NCBI GenBank assembly: GCA_964648665.1
Contig: CAZYOA010000007.1
Coordinates: 4,943-68,942 of the forward strand
From: an uncultured Planctomycetales bacterium
GTDB lineage: Bacteria; Omnitrophota; Gorgyraeia; Zapsychrales; Aceulaceae
Length of the DNA stretch: 64,000 nucleotides
Direction: 5' to 3'
Numbering within the stretch: the first letter of the stretch is position 1; every line of letters starts with the position of its first letter. Below, piece after piece: positions 19,726-28,405 of the stretch. The position numbers were made by a program, and so were the translations under genes. The notes under the pieces were generated by a model. The model ran no database searches, was not told the origin of the DNA, and saw only the letters and a list, made by a program, of their open reading frames with translations.

Positions 19726-20503
19726 TATTATCAATAAAGATCTTAGAAAAAAGATTATAGAAGTTGTATATGGTGCCCAAGAGGGACATATTACAAGTTC
19801 ATTTTCTATTATTGATATTTTGTCTTATCTTTATGAAAATATTCTAAAATTTGATAGTAAGAATCCGTCTTGGGAAGATAGGGATTATTTTATTTTAAGT
19901 AAAGGGCATGGCTGTGTAGCACTTTATGTTATTTTGCAAAAATATGGATTTATACGAGAAGAAGATTTAAAACAGGTGAGTTCCAAAAATGGTATTTTAG
20001 GTGGACATCCTGACATAACCAAGGTGCCAGGTGCTGAAGCATCAACGGGATCGCTAGGTCACGGCATTGCGACGGCTTTAGGAGTGGCACTAGGTTTAAG
20101 AATCAGATCGAAGCACAACAAAGTTATTGTTTTGATTGGCGATGGGGAAAGTAATGAGGGAACGGTGTGGGAAAGTGCGCTTGTTGGCGCTAATTTAAAG
20201 CTGGGAAACCTATGTTGCATTGTTGACAATAATGGTTCTGCCGCACAAGTTTTGCCTGTGCCAGAGATGCAAAAGAAATGGGATGCCTTTGGCTGGGAAA
20301 CTTATGCGATTGACGGTCATTCTGATCAAGAGATTTCGGATGTTTTTAGTAAAATAAAGTTTGAGCACCATACAAAACCAAAAGTGATTATTGCAAATAC
20401 TCTTAAGGGCAAAGGAGTTAGTTTTATGGAAGGCCATGGAGCTTGGCATGCGAAGATTCCTAGCGTTGATGAGTTTGAGAGCGCACTTAAGGAGCTAAGC
20501 TGA
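19688..20503 (+). CDS. transketolase, N-terminal (ThDP-binding) subunit
   Basis: EGHITSSFSIIDIL, LSKGHG, and ThDP motif GDGESNEGTVWESALVGANLKLGNLCCIVDNNG. The true start may be TTG 19715, because 19688 overlaps the SDR gene. Confidence 0.8.
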   Translation: MMERREEGILSNNIINKDLRKKIIEVVYGAQEGHITSSFSIIDILSYLYENILKFDSKNPSWEDRDYFILSKGHGCVALYVILQKYGFIREEDLKQVSSKNGILGGHPDITKVPGAEASTGSLGHGIATALGVALGLRIRSKHNKVIVLIGDGESNEGTVWESALVGANLKLGNLCCIVDNNGSAAQVLPVPEMQKKWDAFGWETYAIDGHSDQEISDVFSKIKFEHHTKPKVIIANTLKGKGVSFMEGHGAWHAKIPSVDEFESALKELS

Positions 20504-21426
20504 TGTCTAATCTAAGAAATGATTTTCCTAAAGTTGTTCATGAAGTTGGTCTTAGGGATCCAAATTTAGTTGTTTTAGTTGGAGACATCAGTCATTATCG
20601 TCTTCAAGGGTTTGCAAAAGATTGCCCAGGACGATATTACAATATTGGCATATGTGAGCCAACGATTGTTAATATGGCAGCAGGATTGTCGAAGATAGGT
20701 TTTTATCCAGTTGTTCATACCATCGCACCTTTTATTGTTGAAAGATCTTTTGAACAGATTAAAATTGATTTTTGTTATCAAAAATTAGGGGGAAATATTA
20801 TTACAGTTGGAAGCGCATTTGATTATGCGTATTTGGGTTGCACGCATCATTGCTATAATGATTTTGCTTTACTTTCGACCTTGCCCAATGTCGAACTTGT
20901 TTATCCTGCAAGTTATGAAGAGCTTGATTTACTTTTTGGACAAACATATAACAACGAATTCTTAACTTATTTTCGCGCGCCAATGTATGGACATGAAGTT
21001 TCATTTAAACCAAGCGATATTACAATTGGAAAAGCAATTCAGGTTCAAGAAGGTGAAGATCTAACTCTTGTGGCAGTTGGAACACAATTAAAATCAGCTA
21101 AAGAAGCAGCGGATGCTTTAAAAGAGCAAGGGATAAGTGTTGATTTAATTTATATTCATACTGTTAAGCCTTTGGATGCACAAACAATAAAAAAGAGTTT
21201 GAAGAAAACAAAGAAATGTTTGGTTATTGAAGAGCATGGAATTTTCGGTGGCGTTTATGATGCTGTGCTTAGGATTTCGCAAGAGTTAGACGAGATAAAG
21301 TGTTTTTCTATTTCGATTCCAAATGATTTTATAAGAGATTATGGAACATATCAGGATTTTTGTTTGAAGTTAGGGTTTTGCCAAGGTGGGGTTCTTAAAA
21401 AAATTAAAGAAGAGGTTTTGATATGA
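20503..21426 (+). CDS. transketolase, C-terminal (pyrimidine-binding) subunit
   Basis: YNIGICEPTIVNMAAGLS.. motif. ATG overlaps the upstream TGA, giving a split-transketolase pair. Confidence 0.8.
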   Translation: MSNLRNDFPKVVHEVGLRDPNLVVLVGDISHYRLQGFAKDCPGRYYNIGICEPTIVNMAAGLSKIGFYPVVHTIAPFIVERSFEQIKIDFCYQKLGGNIITVGSAFDYAYLGCTHHCYNDFALLSTLPNVELVYPASYEELDLLFGQTYNNEFLTYFRAPMYGHEVSFKPSDITIGKAIQVQEGEDLTLVAVGTQLKSAKEAADALKEQGISVDLIYIHTVKPLDAQTIKKSLKKTKKCLVIEEHGIFGGVYDAVLRISQELDEIKCFSISIPNDFIRDYGTYQDFCLKLGFCQGGVLKKIKEEVLI

Positions 21427-22142
21427 AACAATATTTCTCGATTATTGTGCCAGCGTTTAATGAAGAAAAACTTATCACAGACTCAATTGATTCTTTGGTT
21501 GATAACTTTGAGTCTACAAATACAAATTATGAAATTTTAGTTTTCAATGATGGCAGTACTGATCGAACAGGTGAAATTATTGATGAAATTTCTAAAAAGA
21601 ATAAGAATGTTAGAGCTATCCATCGAAAGGTTAATCGTGGAATTGGAGCAAGTACTCGCGAAGCTATAAAAATAGCTAAAGGAGATTGCATCGGTTGGTT
21701 TCCAGGGGATAACAGTATTACGAAAGAATCATATCGAGAATTGATTGTTTTTGCAAAATCTATGAGTGAAGATATTTTAATTACGTATTCTAAGAATAAT
21801 AGAAAACGACCTTTTTTGAGGCGTAATTTATCTAATATCTACACAGCTTTATTAAATTTCTTATTTCGATTAAATCTTAAATATTATAATGGCGCGTCTA
21901 TTCTTCCTGTTGATGTTGTTAGAAAATTTAATCTTCAGGCGAATTGTCATGACACGTTTGCTGAAGTTGTTGTCTTGACTATAAAATCTGGATGTTCATA
22001 TACGCAGCGTCCTTTTATACATAAACCTGGAACAGACAAAACATCTAAGGCTTTGTCCCTAAGGAATGTTTTTAATATTGCGAAGACATTTATGATTTTG
22101 ATAAAAATAGTATATTTCTCAAAACCCAATCAATCAACTTAA
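21423..22142 (+). CDS. family 2 glycosyltransferase (polyprenyl-phosphate sugar synthase-like, DPM1/GtrB type)
   Basis: FSIIVPAFNEE..VFNDGSTDRTGEII.. GT-A signature. ATGA overlap with the upstream gene, and directly precedes the third YfhO-like gene. Confidence 0.7.
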   Translation: MKQYFSIIVPAFNEEKLITDSIDSLVDNFESTNTNYEILVFNDGSTDRTGEIIDEISKKNKNVRAIHRKVNRGIGASTREAIKIAKGDCIGWFPGDNSITKESYRELIVFAKSMSEDILITYSKNNRKRPFLRRNLSNIYTALLNFLFRLNLKYYNGASILPVDVVRKFNLQANCHDTFAEVVVLTIKSGCSYTQRPFIHKPGTDKTSKALSLRNVFNIAKTFMILIKIVYFSKPNQST

Positions 22143-22155
22143 CGTCAAAAAGTTT

Positions 22156-24354
22156 ATGACAAAGAAGATCTTTTCTTTTCTAAAGTTTCTCGCTCCAATT
22201 TCTTTTTTAATATTTTTTCTATGGCCGATGGTATCCGGGAAAAAGTTTATTACAAGCGATACATCTGGCATGTTCGCGTTGATAAAGTTTTTCATAGCGA
22301 ACATTAGTTCAGGAGTTTTTCCTTTATGGAATCCTCTTTCAATGTGGGGATGTCCTGTTTTTATTGAGAATTGTTATTTTAGTGCGTATAATCCTGTTTG
22401 GCTTTTGATTTTAATTCTTTATAAGTTGGGGTTGAGTTATTATTTTTCTTTTCTTTTCACCTGGGTTCTTTATTATCTTTCAGGCGTGTTTGGATTCTAT
22501 TTGTTAGCAAAATCTTTTTTTAAGAGTTCTTTTTTAGGGTATATCTCGTTCTTATTATTGTTATTTTCAGCATTTAGTTTCTTATTCTTTTTTCATTCTA
22601 ATCATGTTTTTATTTATGTCCCCTCAATTTGGTTCTTTTATTTTCTTATTCGATTTATTCAAAAACCAGATCGTCCTATGTTGATGGGGTTAGTTTTTTC
22701 TTTAATGATTGTTTCGACAACTTATTTACCGATATATTGGATTATGTTTATGTTTGCTGTATCGTTATTGTGTTTACTTTTATTCTTTGATTCTTTTAAA
22801 AAGTCTTCTTTAGGTGTCTCTTGTTTTATAAAAAAGAATTATATCTTTACTTTAATTTGCTTTTTTATTTTAGGTGTATCTTGTTTTCCACCGCTAAAAG
22901 CATATTTTGCAACATCTGAGAAACAAGTCGTTTTTGTTGAGCGTCATATCCAAAACCCTGAAGAAGCTTTAGAGGAAGGGGCATCTATAAATCTTGAACA
23001 GCTAAAGCGAGTTGCTCTTGAGCCAAAGTATTTCTTAGAACAATTGTTTCCAGAGAGAAAAGATTTAACTAATCGCAATAAAGGAATTTCTTATGTTCCT
23101 ATTTTTGTTTATATTGTCTTACTTTTTAGTTTTATTTTGCCAATTACGAAGCGAAATGTTTTTCTTGCGCTTTTAACAATGCTGTTTTTCTTTATTATTA
23201 TTGGTCCTTTTTCTCCAGTTTATCCGTTTCTTTTTAATGTCTTGCCGTTTTTAAAATTAATTCATGGAATCGCTTTGTTTCGAATGGCGTTATTAATCTC
23301 ACTTATTCTTTTATCTGTTGAAAATCTTAAATTAATCTTAAGTCAGGAACATTTCTTTATAAAGAATGATCGTCCTTGGATGACAATGATTATTCATGGA
23401 GTTTTCTTGATTTTTCTTTTGATGCAAAAGAACCCATTTTGGACTTCATATGGCACAGTTCTTTTAAGTTATGCTTTTTTTATTTGTGCGTTTTCATCGA
23501 ATGAATTTTTAAAGAAGTTTCGTTTTTTAATTTTGTTTTTATGCATTATTCTTCAACCTGCGCAGATTTTCTTAAATTTCTCAAAACATATATATCAACC
23601 TGCACCTAAAGTTCAAGAATCATTTAAAATGCCATTAAATTCTATGAATTTTGTTTATGAGCGACCTGTTATGCAGGGTAAGTCTTCGATACCGGGTGAT
23701 CAGTATTATCAATATTTCTTATCTTTAAGTTCTATGTCTGAATATCCTGAAATGCTTTTATACGGAGGAGGGATGCCTTCTCGCTGGTCGTATCAATTAT
23801 ATGCTTCTTCGTCTGAAAAAATAATTTCAAATTATTTGAAATATCGATTTTTTGTTTATGATTACATTTTACCGGTTTACGATGAACAATTTGATGAAGT
23901 TGTCTTAGAAGATATTTTTAAAAATCAAGAAAACTTAGCATTTATTTCGCTTTCAAAAAGTGATTCTTTAGATCTATTAAATCTTTCTCAGTTTATGAGA
24001 AAGAAAAAGGATGCTTTAGAATTAGCCTTGCCAATCAAAAAGGAAATGGACCAATTCTCAGTTGTATCGTTTAATGCGAATTCAGTCAAAGTTAAAACAA
24101 ATTTTGATAAAAACAAATTTTTAGTTTATAACGATAGTTATTTGCCGGATTGGCGTGTCTTTGTAAACGGGAAGAAACAGAGAGTTTTTCGGTCTAACGT
24201 TGCTTTTAAGGGTGTTGTTTTGCCAGCGGGTGAAAATATTGTTGAGTTTAGATTTAATTTTCTTGGGGGGACGTACATGAACAATGCTATATACCTTGTT
24301 TATATAGTATTCTTTATTCTTATGATTTGTGCATTTATAATGAAGAAAGAATGA
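22156..24354 (+). CDS. YfhO-like polytopic membrane (GT-C type) glycosyltransferase, paralog C (divergent)
   Basis: Same length and architecture as 2824..5040. Conserved landmarks: ..FPLWNPLSMWGCPVF..YNPVWLL at the N-terminus and ..FLVYNDSYLPDWRVFVNGKKQ..FKGVVLPAGEN.. at the C-terminus. Confidence 0.55.
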   Translation: MTKKIFSFLKFLAPISFLIFFLWPMVSGKKFITSDTSGMFALIKFFIANISSGVFPLWNPLSMWGCPVFIENCYFSAYNPVWLLILILYKLGLSYYFSFLFTWVLYYLSGVFGFYLLAKSFFKSSFLGYISFLLLLFSAFSFLFFFHSNHVFIYVPSIWFFYFLIRFIQKPDRPMLMGLVFSLMIVSTTYLPIYWIMFMFAVSLLCLLLFFDSFKKSSLGVSCFIKKNYIFTLICFFILGVSCFPPLKAYFATSEKQVVFVERHIQNPEEALEEGASINLEQLKRVALEPKYFLEQLFPERKDLTNRNKGISYVPIFVYIVLLFSFILPITKRNVFLALLTMLFFFIIIGPFSPVYPFLFNVLPFLKLIHGIALFRMALLISLILLSVENLKLILSQEHFFIKNDRPWMTMIIHGVFLIFLLMQKNPFWTSYGTVLLSYAFFICAFSSNEFLKKFRFLILFLCIILQPAQIFLNFSKHIYQPAPKVQESFKMPLNSMNFVYERPVMQGKSSIPGDQYYQYFLSLSSMSEYPEMLLYGGGMPSRWSYQLYASSSEKIISNYLKYRFFVYDYILPVYDEQFDEVVLEDIFKNQENLAFISLSKSDSLDLLNLSQFMRKKKDALELALPIKKEMDQFSVVSFNANSVKVKTNFDKNKFLVYNDSYLPDWRVFVNGKKQRVFRSNVAFKGVVLPAGENIVEFRFNFLGGTYMNNAIYLVYIVFFILMICAFIMKKE

Positions 24355-25253
24355 GAATATTTATGAAAGTATTTGAGAAAATAAAAAATGGTTTTCCTTC
24401 TTTAAAGTTTATCTTCTTAAGATTTTGGCTTATTTATGCAATTTTCTTTGTTTCATATATATTTTTAGTTGAAGATGGAACGAGCTCTTTTAAAATCAAT
24501 GAAGTGCTTTCAGAAATGCGGGTTGATTCAGATCTTTCTTTTTATGTTAATGAGGGTGTTGAAATCGAGCCAGAAATGCTTTATCAGGCTATTGAGCATT
24601 ATATTTCCATTGGAGAGTCTGTCGGATTTGATGAGTATCTTCTAGGAAATATCGCAGCTTGTTACTTTTCTTTAGGAAATTATGAGAAATCAATTAACTT
24701 TTATAATCAAGCGATTGAAAAGAATCCACTTCTTTACACGTTTTATTTTGATAAGGGAATTATTTATATACGCTTAAAACAATACAAAGAAGCTTTAGTT
24801 TCTTTTGATCAATCAGTGAGTCTGGTGCCTGAAACTATTACTTATTATATTAATTTTTTTGAGAAACTTAATGGAAAAATAGAAAAATCTTTAGATTTCT
24901 CTCAGTTTTCTTCAGAAAAGAAAGCAGAGATGCAGACTCTTTTGCTGGCTGATTTTTATTCAATCCAGAAAAAGATTATTCAGGACATGAGCGTTATAAA
25001 CAAGGAGCTAAAAAAAATCAGAAGGATAACGCGAGACTTAAGATTAAATAAAGAAATTCAGAATTTTGAAAAACGCCTTTTGGTTTATCAAGAAAGACAA
25101 GATTTTAAATATTTTTTGTCTGGCGAAGAGTTAGATCATGATCCAGATAACCAGGGCAGCCAGATTGTTAATTTTTATTTTAGGAACTTTAGAAGTATCA
25201 TGCTTTTCTCTTCCTTACAAAAAAATCTAGTTGATATAAGTAAGAAATTTTAA
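24351..25253 (+). CDS. membrane-anchored TPR protein with C-terminal coiled coil, partner of paralog C
   Basis: ATGA overlap with the upstream stop. TM helix (FWLIYAIFFVSYIFLV). TPR block GNIAACYFSLGNYEKSINFYNQAIEKNP..FDKGIIYIRLKQYKEALVSF is homologous to the other two TPR partners. Confidence 0.5.
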   Translation: MRIFMKVFEKIKNGFPSLKFIFLRFWLIYAIFFVSYIFLVEDGTSSFKINEVLSEMRVDSDLSFYVNEGVEIEPEMLYQAIEHYISIGESVGFDEYLLGNIAACYFSLGNYEKSINFYNQAIEKNPLLYTFYFDKGIIYIRLKQYKEALVSFDQSVSLVPETITYYINFFEKLNGKIEKSLDFSQFSSEKKAEMQTLLLADFYSIQKKIIQDMSVINKELKKIRRITRDLRLNKEIQNFEKRLLVYQERQDFKYFLSGEELDHDPDNQGSQIVNFYFRNFRSIMLFSSLQKNLVDISKKF

Positions 25254-25267
25254 TAATCTTCTATCTA

Positions 25268-25285
25268 TCGTGAAATATTTCACAG
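25268..25285. promoter_or_regulatory. Rex operator-like inverted repeat (box 1)
   Basis: TCGTGAAATATTTCACAG matches the Rex consensus TTGTGAAnnnnTTCACAA at 12 of 14 specified positions. It lies upstream of rex. Confidence 0.6.
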
Positions 25286-25376
25286 TTATAGAGTATATAG
25301 ATATGTTGTAAACATATGCTATTGTTGTTCTTGTGAGACAGAGAAGATATATTTATCATTTATAATAAATATATCC

Positions 25377-25404
25377 TTGACAAGTTAAAATATGATGCTA
25401 TATT
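25377..25404 (+). promoter_or_regulatory. sigma70-type promoter of rex
   Basis: TTGACA (25377-25382), 16-nt spacer, TATATT (25399-25404), about 40 nt upstream of the rex ATG. Confidence 0.5.
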
Positions 25405-25421
25405 AATGAAATAATTCACTT
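25404..25421. promoter_or_regulatory. weaker Rex operator-like site (box 2), abutting the -10 element
   Basis: TAATGAAATAATTCACTT matches the Rex consensus at 10 of 14 positions. Its position is suited to occluding the promoter. Confidence 0.4.
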
Positions 25422-25441
25422 GATAAATATGGAGAATTCAG

Positions 25442-26059
25442 ATGAACTTGTCTAATAACACAGTTGAGAGAATTACTAAAATATATGGATATCTTGATGC
25501 TCTGGAAGATCGAGAAGTAGGTTTTGTTTCATCAAAAGAGTTGTCTGAAGCTGTTGGTGCAACGGATCATACAATTCGAAAAGATATTAGTCTTTTAAAA
25601 ATAGGAGGCTATACGCGTAAAGGGTATTCAGTTCGATCTTTAAAGTTTGAGTTAGCTGAAAAGCTTGAGCTTAATAAAAAGAGAAAAGCTTGTATTGTTG
25701 GGTTGGGTAGGCTTGGCACAGCACTTTTAGATTACGAGCAGGATAAAGAGGATGGATTTGAGATTGTTGCAGGTTTTGATTGTAGTATTAATAAGCTTGA
25801 GCGTATTCACACTTATATTGAAGTTTTTTCAATGAGTGAATTGGAAAATACTATTAAGGAAAGAGCGATTGATTTGGGTATTGTTACTGTGCCGGTAAAA
25901 GCAGCTCAACAGGTGGCTGATCAATTAATTGAGGTTGGAATAAAAGGAATATTGAATTTTTCTCCAGCAAAGATTGTGGTGCCAAAAAGTATTATTTATT
26001 TAGATATGGATTTTACAAATGCTTTACGATTTATTGCAGCAAAATTTATTATTAAATAA
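25442..26059 (+). CDS. rex: redox-sensing transcriptional repressor Rex
   Basis: N-terminal winged helix (..RITKIYGYL..VSSKELSEAVGATDHTIRKDIS..GYTRKGYSV) followed by Rossmann motif IVGLGRLGTALLDY. Confidence 0.85.
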   Translation: MNLSNNTVERITKIYGYLDALEDREVGFVSSKELSEAVGATDHTIRKDISLLKIGGYTRKGYSVRSLKFELAEKLELNKKRKACIVGLGRLGTALLDYEQDKEDGFEIVAGFDCSINKLERIHTYIEVFSMSELENTIKERAIDLGIVTVPVKAAQQVADQLIEVGIKGILNFSPAKIVVPKSIIYLDMDFTNALRFIAAKFIIK

Positions 26060-26103
26060 AGGGCGCGCCCCGAAAACAAATACCTATTACGAGGAGGTTA
26101 AAG

Positions 26104-27186
26104 ATGACAAGAGTATACAATTTTAGTGCAGGACCAGCAATATTGCCAGAAGAGGTTTTAAAGAAAGCTTCAGGAGAGATGCTTGATTATGATGGATGCG
26201 GAATGTCTGTGATGGAGCTATCTCATCGAGGTAAAGAGTTTAAAGGTATTTTTGAAGCAGCAGAGGCAACTCTGAGAGAGCTTATGAATATTCCTGAGAA
26301 CTATAAGGTTTTATTTCTGCAGGGTGGTGCTTCAATGCAATTTGCAGCAATCCCATTAAATTTGATGACAAAAAATAAAAAAGCAGATTATGTGCATACT
26401 GGTCAATGGACAAAGAAGGCAATTGCTGAAGCAAAGAAGTTTGGCGATGTTAATGTGGTTGCAAGTTCACAAGAAGATAATTTTACTTATGTTCCTGAGC
26501 TTGATCCCAAAACTTTTTCAAAAGATGCAGATTATTTTTATCTTGTCACTAATAATACGATTTACGGAACATGTTGCAAGGATATGCCAGATACAGGTGA
26601 TGTTCCAATTGTTGCGGATATGTCATCTAATATTTTATCTGAACCGATTGATATTAAGAAGTTTGGTGTTATTTTTGCAGGAGCACAAAAGAACATAGGA
26701 CCTGCAGGCCTTACAATCGTGATTATTCGTGAAGATTTAATTGGAAATGCAGTAGAATCTATTCCGACGCTGATTAATTATAAAGTGCAAGTAGACAACG
26801 AATCGATGGCGAATACTCCACCATGCTATTCTATTTATATCGCAGGTTTAGTTTTTCAGTGGATTAAGGAAAAAGGTGGACTGGTCGCGATGAAAAAGAT
26901 TAATGAAGAAAAAGCGGCAATTCTCTATAATTATATTGATAATTCAAGACTGTTTAAAAGCCCGGTTAAAAAAGATAGCCGATCGATGATGAATATTCCT
27001 TTTTTAACCGGAGATGAAGAATTGGATGCTAAATTTATTTCCGAGGCAGATAAAAAAGGACTTAAGACGCTTAAAGGACATCGAACAGTTGGTGGCATGC
27101 GTGCAAGTATTTATAACGCGATGCCAATTGAAGGGGTAAAGGCGTTAGTTGAATTTATGAAAGAGTTTGAAGCTGCAAATGTGTAG
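26104..27186 (+). CDS. serC: 3-phosphoserine aminotransferase
   Basis: YNFSAGPAILPEEVL..MELSHRGKEF..FLQGGAS..GAQKNIGPAG..GGMRASIYNAMP. Strong SD GAGGAGG upstream. Confidence 0.9.
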   Translation: MTRVYNFSAGPAILPEEVLKKASGEMLDYDGCGMSVMELSHRGKEFKGIFEAAEATLRELMNIPENYKVLFLQGGASMQFAAIPLNLMTKNKKADYVHTGQWTKKAIAEAKKFGDVNVVASSQEDNFTYVPELDPKTFSKDADYFYLVTNNTIYGTCCKDMPDTGDVPIVADMSSNILSEPIDIKKFGVIFAGAQKNIGPAGLTIVIIREDLIGNAVESIPTLINYKVQVDNESMANTPPCYSIYIAGLVFQWIKEKGGLVAMKKINEEKAAILYNYIDNSRLFKSPVKKDSRSMMNIPFLTGDEELDAKFISEADKKGLKTLKGHRTVGGMRASIYNAMPIEGVKALVEFMKEFEAANV

Positions 27187-27218
27187 GTTTTATTAACTTT
27201 TAAATGAGCGAGGTTATT

Positions 27219-28394
27219 ATGTATAAAATAAAAACACTTAATAAAATTTCAGCAGATGGGTTAGCTGCGTTTCCTCTGGATAGTTATGAAATTGGAACAG
27301 AGATTGCACAGCCAGATTTGATTATTTTGAGAAGTTTTAAGATGCACGATATGGAGCTTCCTGATTCTTTGTTGGCTGTTGGACGTGCAGGGGCAGGTGT
27401 GAATAATATTCCAATTGAAAAATGTTCTGAAAAAGGAGTCGTTGTTTTTAATACACCTGGAGCCAATGCGAATGCTGTTAAAGAACTTGTTTTGGCTGGA
27501 ATGTTTTTAGCTTCTCGCGATATCGCTGCAGGAATTGAGTTTGCAAAAACTTTAAAAGGAAAAGCAGGCGAGGTTCCGACATTGGTTGAAGGAAATAAAA
27601 AGAATTATGCAGGACAAGAGATTTCTGGAAAAATACTTGGCGTTGTTGGCCTTGGAAAAATTGGAGTCATGGTTGCCAATGCAGCTTTAGACCTAGGTAT
27701 GGATGTTATTGGTTATGATCCTTTTATTTCAGTTGAATCTGCATGGGGGCTATCTCGCGAAGTTAAGCGTGCTGATGGGCTAGATGCTCTTATTGCCAAT
27801 AGTGATTATGTTTCTTTGCATACGCCTTTAACTGATGCAACAAAAGGAATGATTAATGCCGAGAAATTTGATCGCATGAAAAAAGGTGTTCGAATTTTAA
27901 ATTTCTCTCGTGGAGGAATTGTTAATAATGATGATTTAAAGAAAGCGATTGAAGAAGGAATTGTATCACGTTATGTAACTGATTTTCCTGATGATGAACT
28001 TTTAAATATGGATAATGTTATTGCGATTCCTCATCTTGGTGCGTCAACGACAGAGGCTGAGGGTAATTGTGCAACAATGATTGCTAAACAATTACGAGAT
28101 TTTACGGAAACAGGAAAGATCAAGAATTCTGTAAATTTTCCAAATTGTAAACTTGAACAAAATTCTGATTATCGCTTGATGATTATTAATAAGAATATTC
28201 TAAATATGGTTGGGCAAATATCATCTCTTTTGGCTGACGCGAATATTAATATTGCTGAAATGTTAAATAGAAGTAAGGGTGATTATGCTTGTAATATTAT
28301 TGATATTTCTGACGAGCCAACAGAAAATCTTATTAAATCGATTTATGGTATCAAAGGTGTTATAAAAGTAAGAGTAATTAATTTAAAGAAATAG
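27219..28394 (+). CDS. serA: D-3-phosphoglycerate dehydrogenase with C-terminal ACT domain
   Basis: GRAGAGVNNI, NAD motif GVVGLGKIG, HLGAST catalytic region. ATG 27219 (SD GAGG 6 nt upstream) is preferred to the track start 27204. Confidence 0.85.
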   Translation: MYKIKTLNKISADGLAAFPLDSYEIGTEIAQPDLIILRSFKMHDMELPDSLLAVGRAGAGVNNIPIEKCSEKGVVVFNTPGANANAVKELVLAGMFLASRDIAAGIEFAKTLKGKAGEVPTLVEGNKKNYAGQEISGKILGVVGLGKIGVMVANAALDLGMDVIGYDPFISVESAWGLSREVKRADGLDALIANSDYVSLHTPLTDATKGMINAEKFDRMKKGVRILNFSRGGIVNNDDLKKAIEEGIVSRYVTDFPDDELLNMDNVIAIPHLGASTTEAEGNCATMIAKQLRDFTETGKIKNSVNFPNCKLEQNSDYRLMIINKNILNMVGQISSLLADANINIAEMLNRSKGDYACNIIDISDEPTENLIKSIYGIKGVIKVRVINLKK

Positions 28395-28405
28395 AGAGCT
28401 TTTTT

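Noticed and set aside
26061-26071. GC-rich palindrome GGGCGCGCCCC between rex and serC, considered as a terminator or operator.
   Set aside because: It can form at most a 3-bp stem with a 4-nt loop and has no T-run. It is too short to call and is probably incidental.
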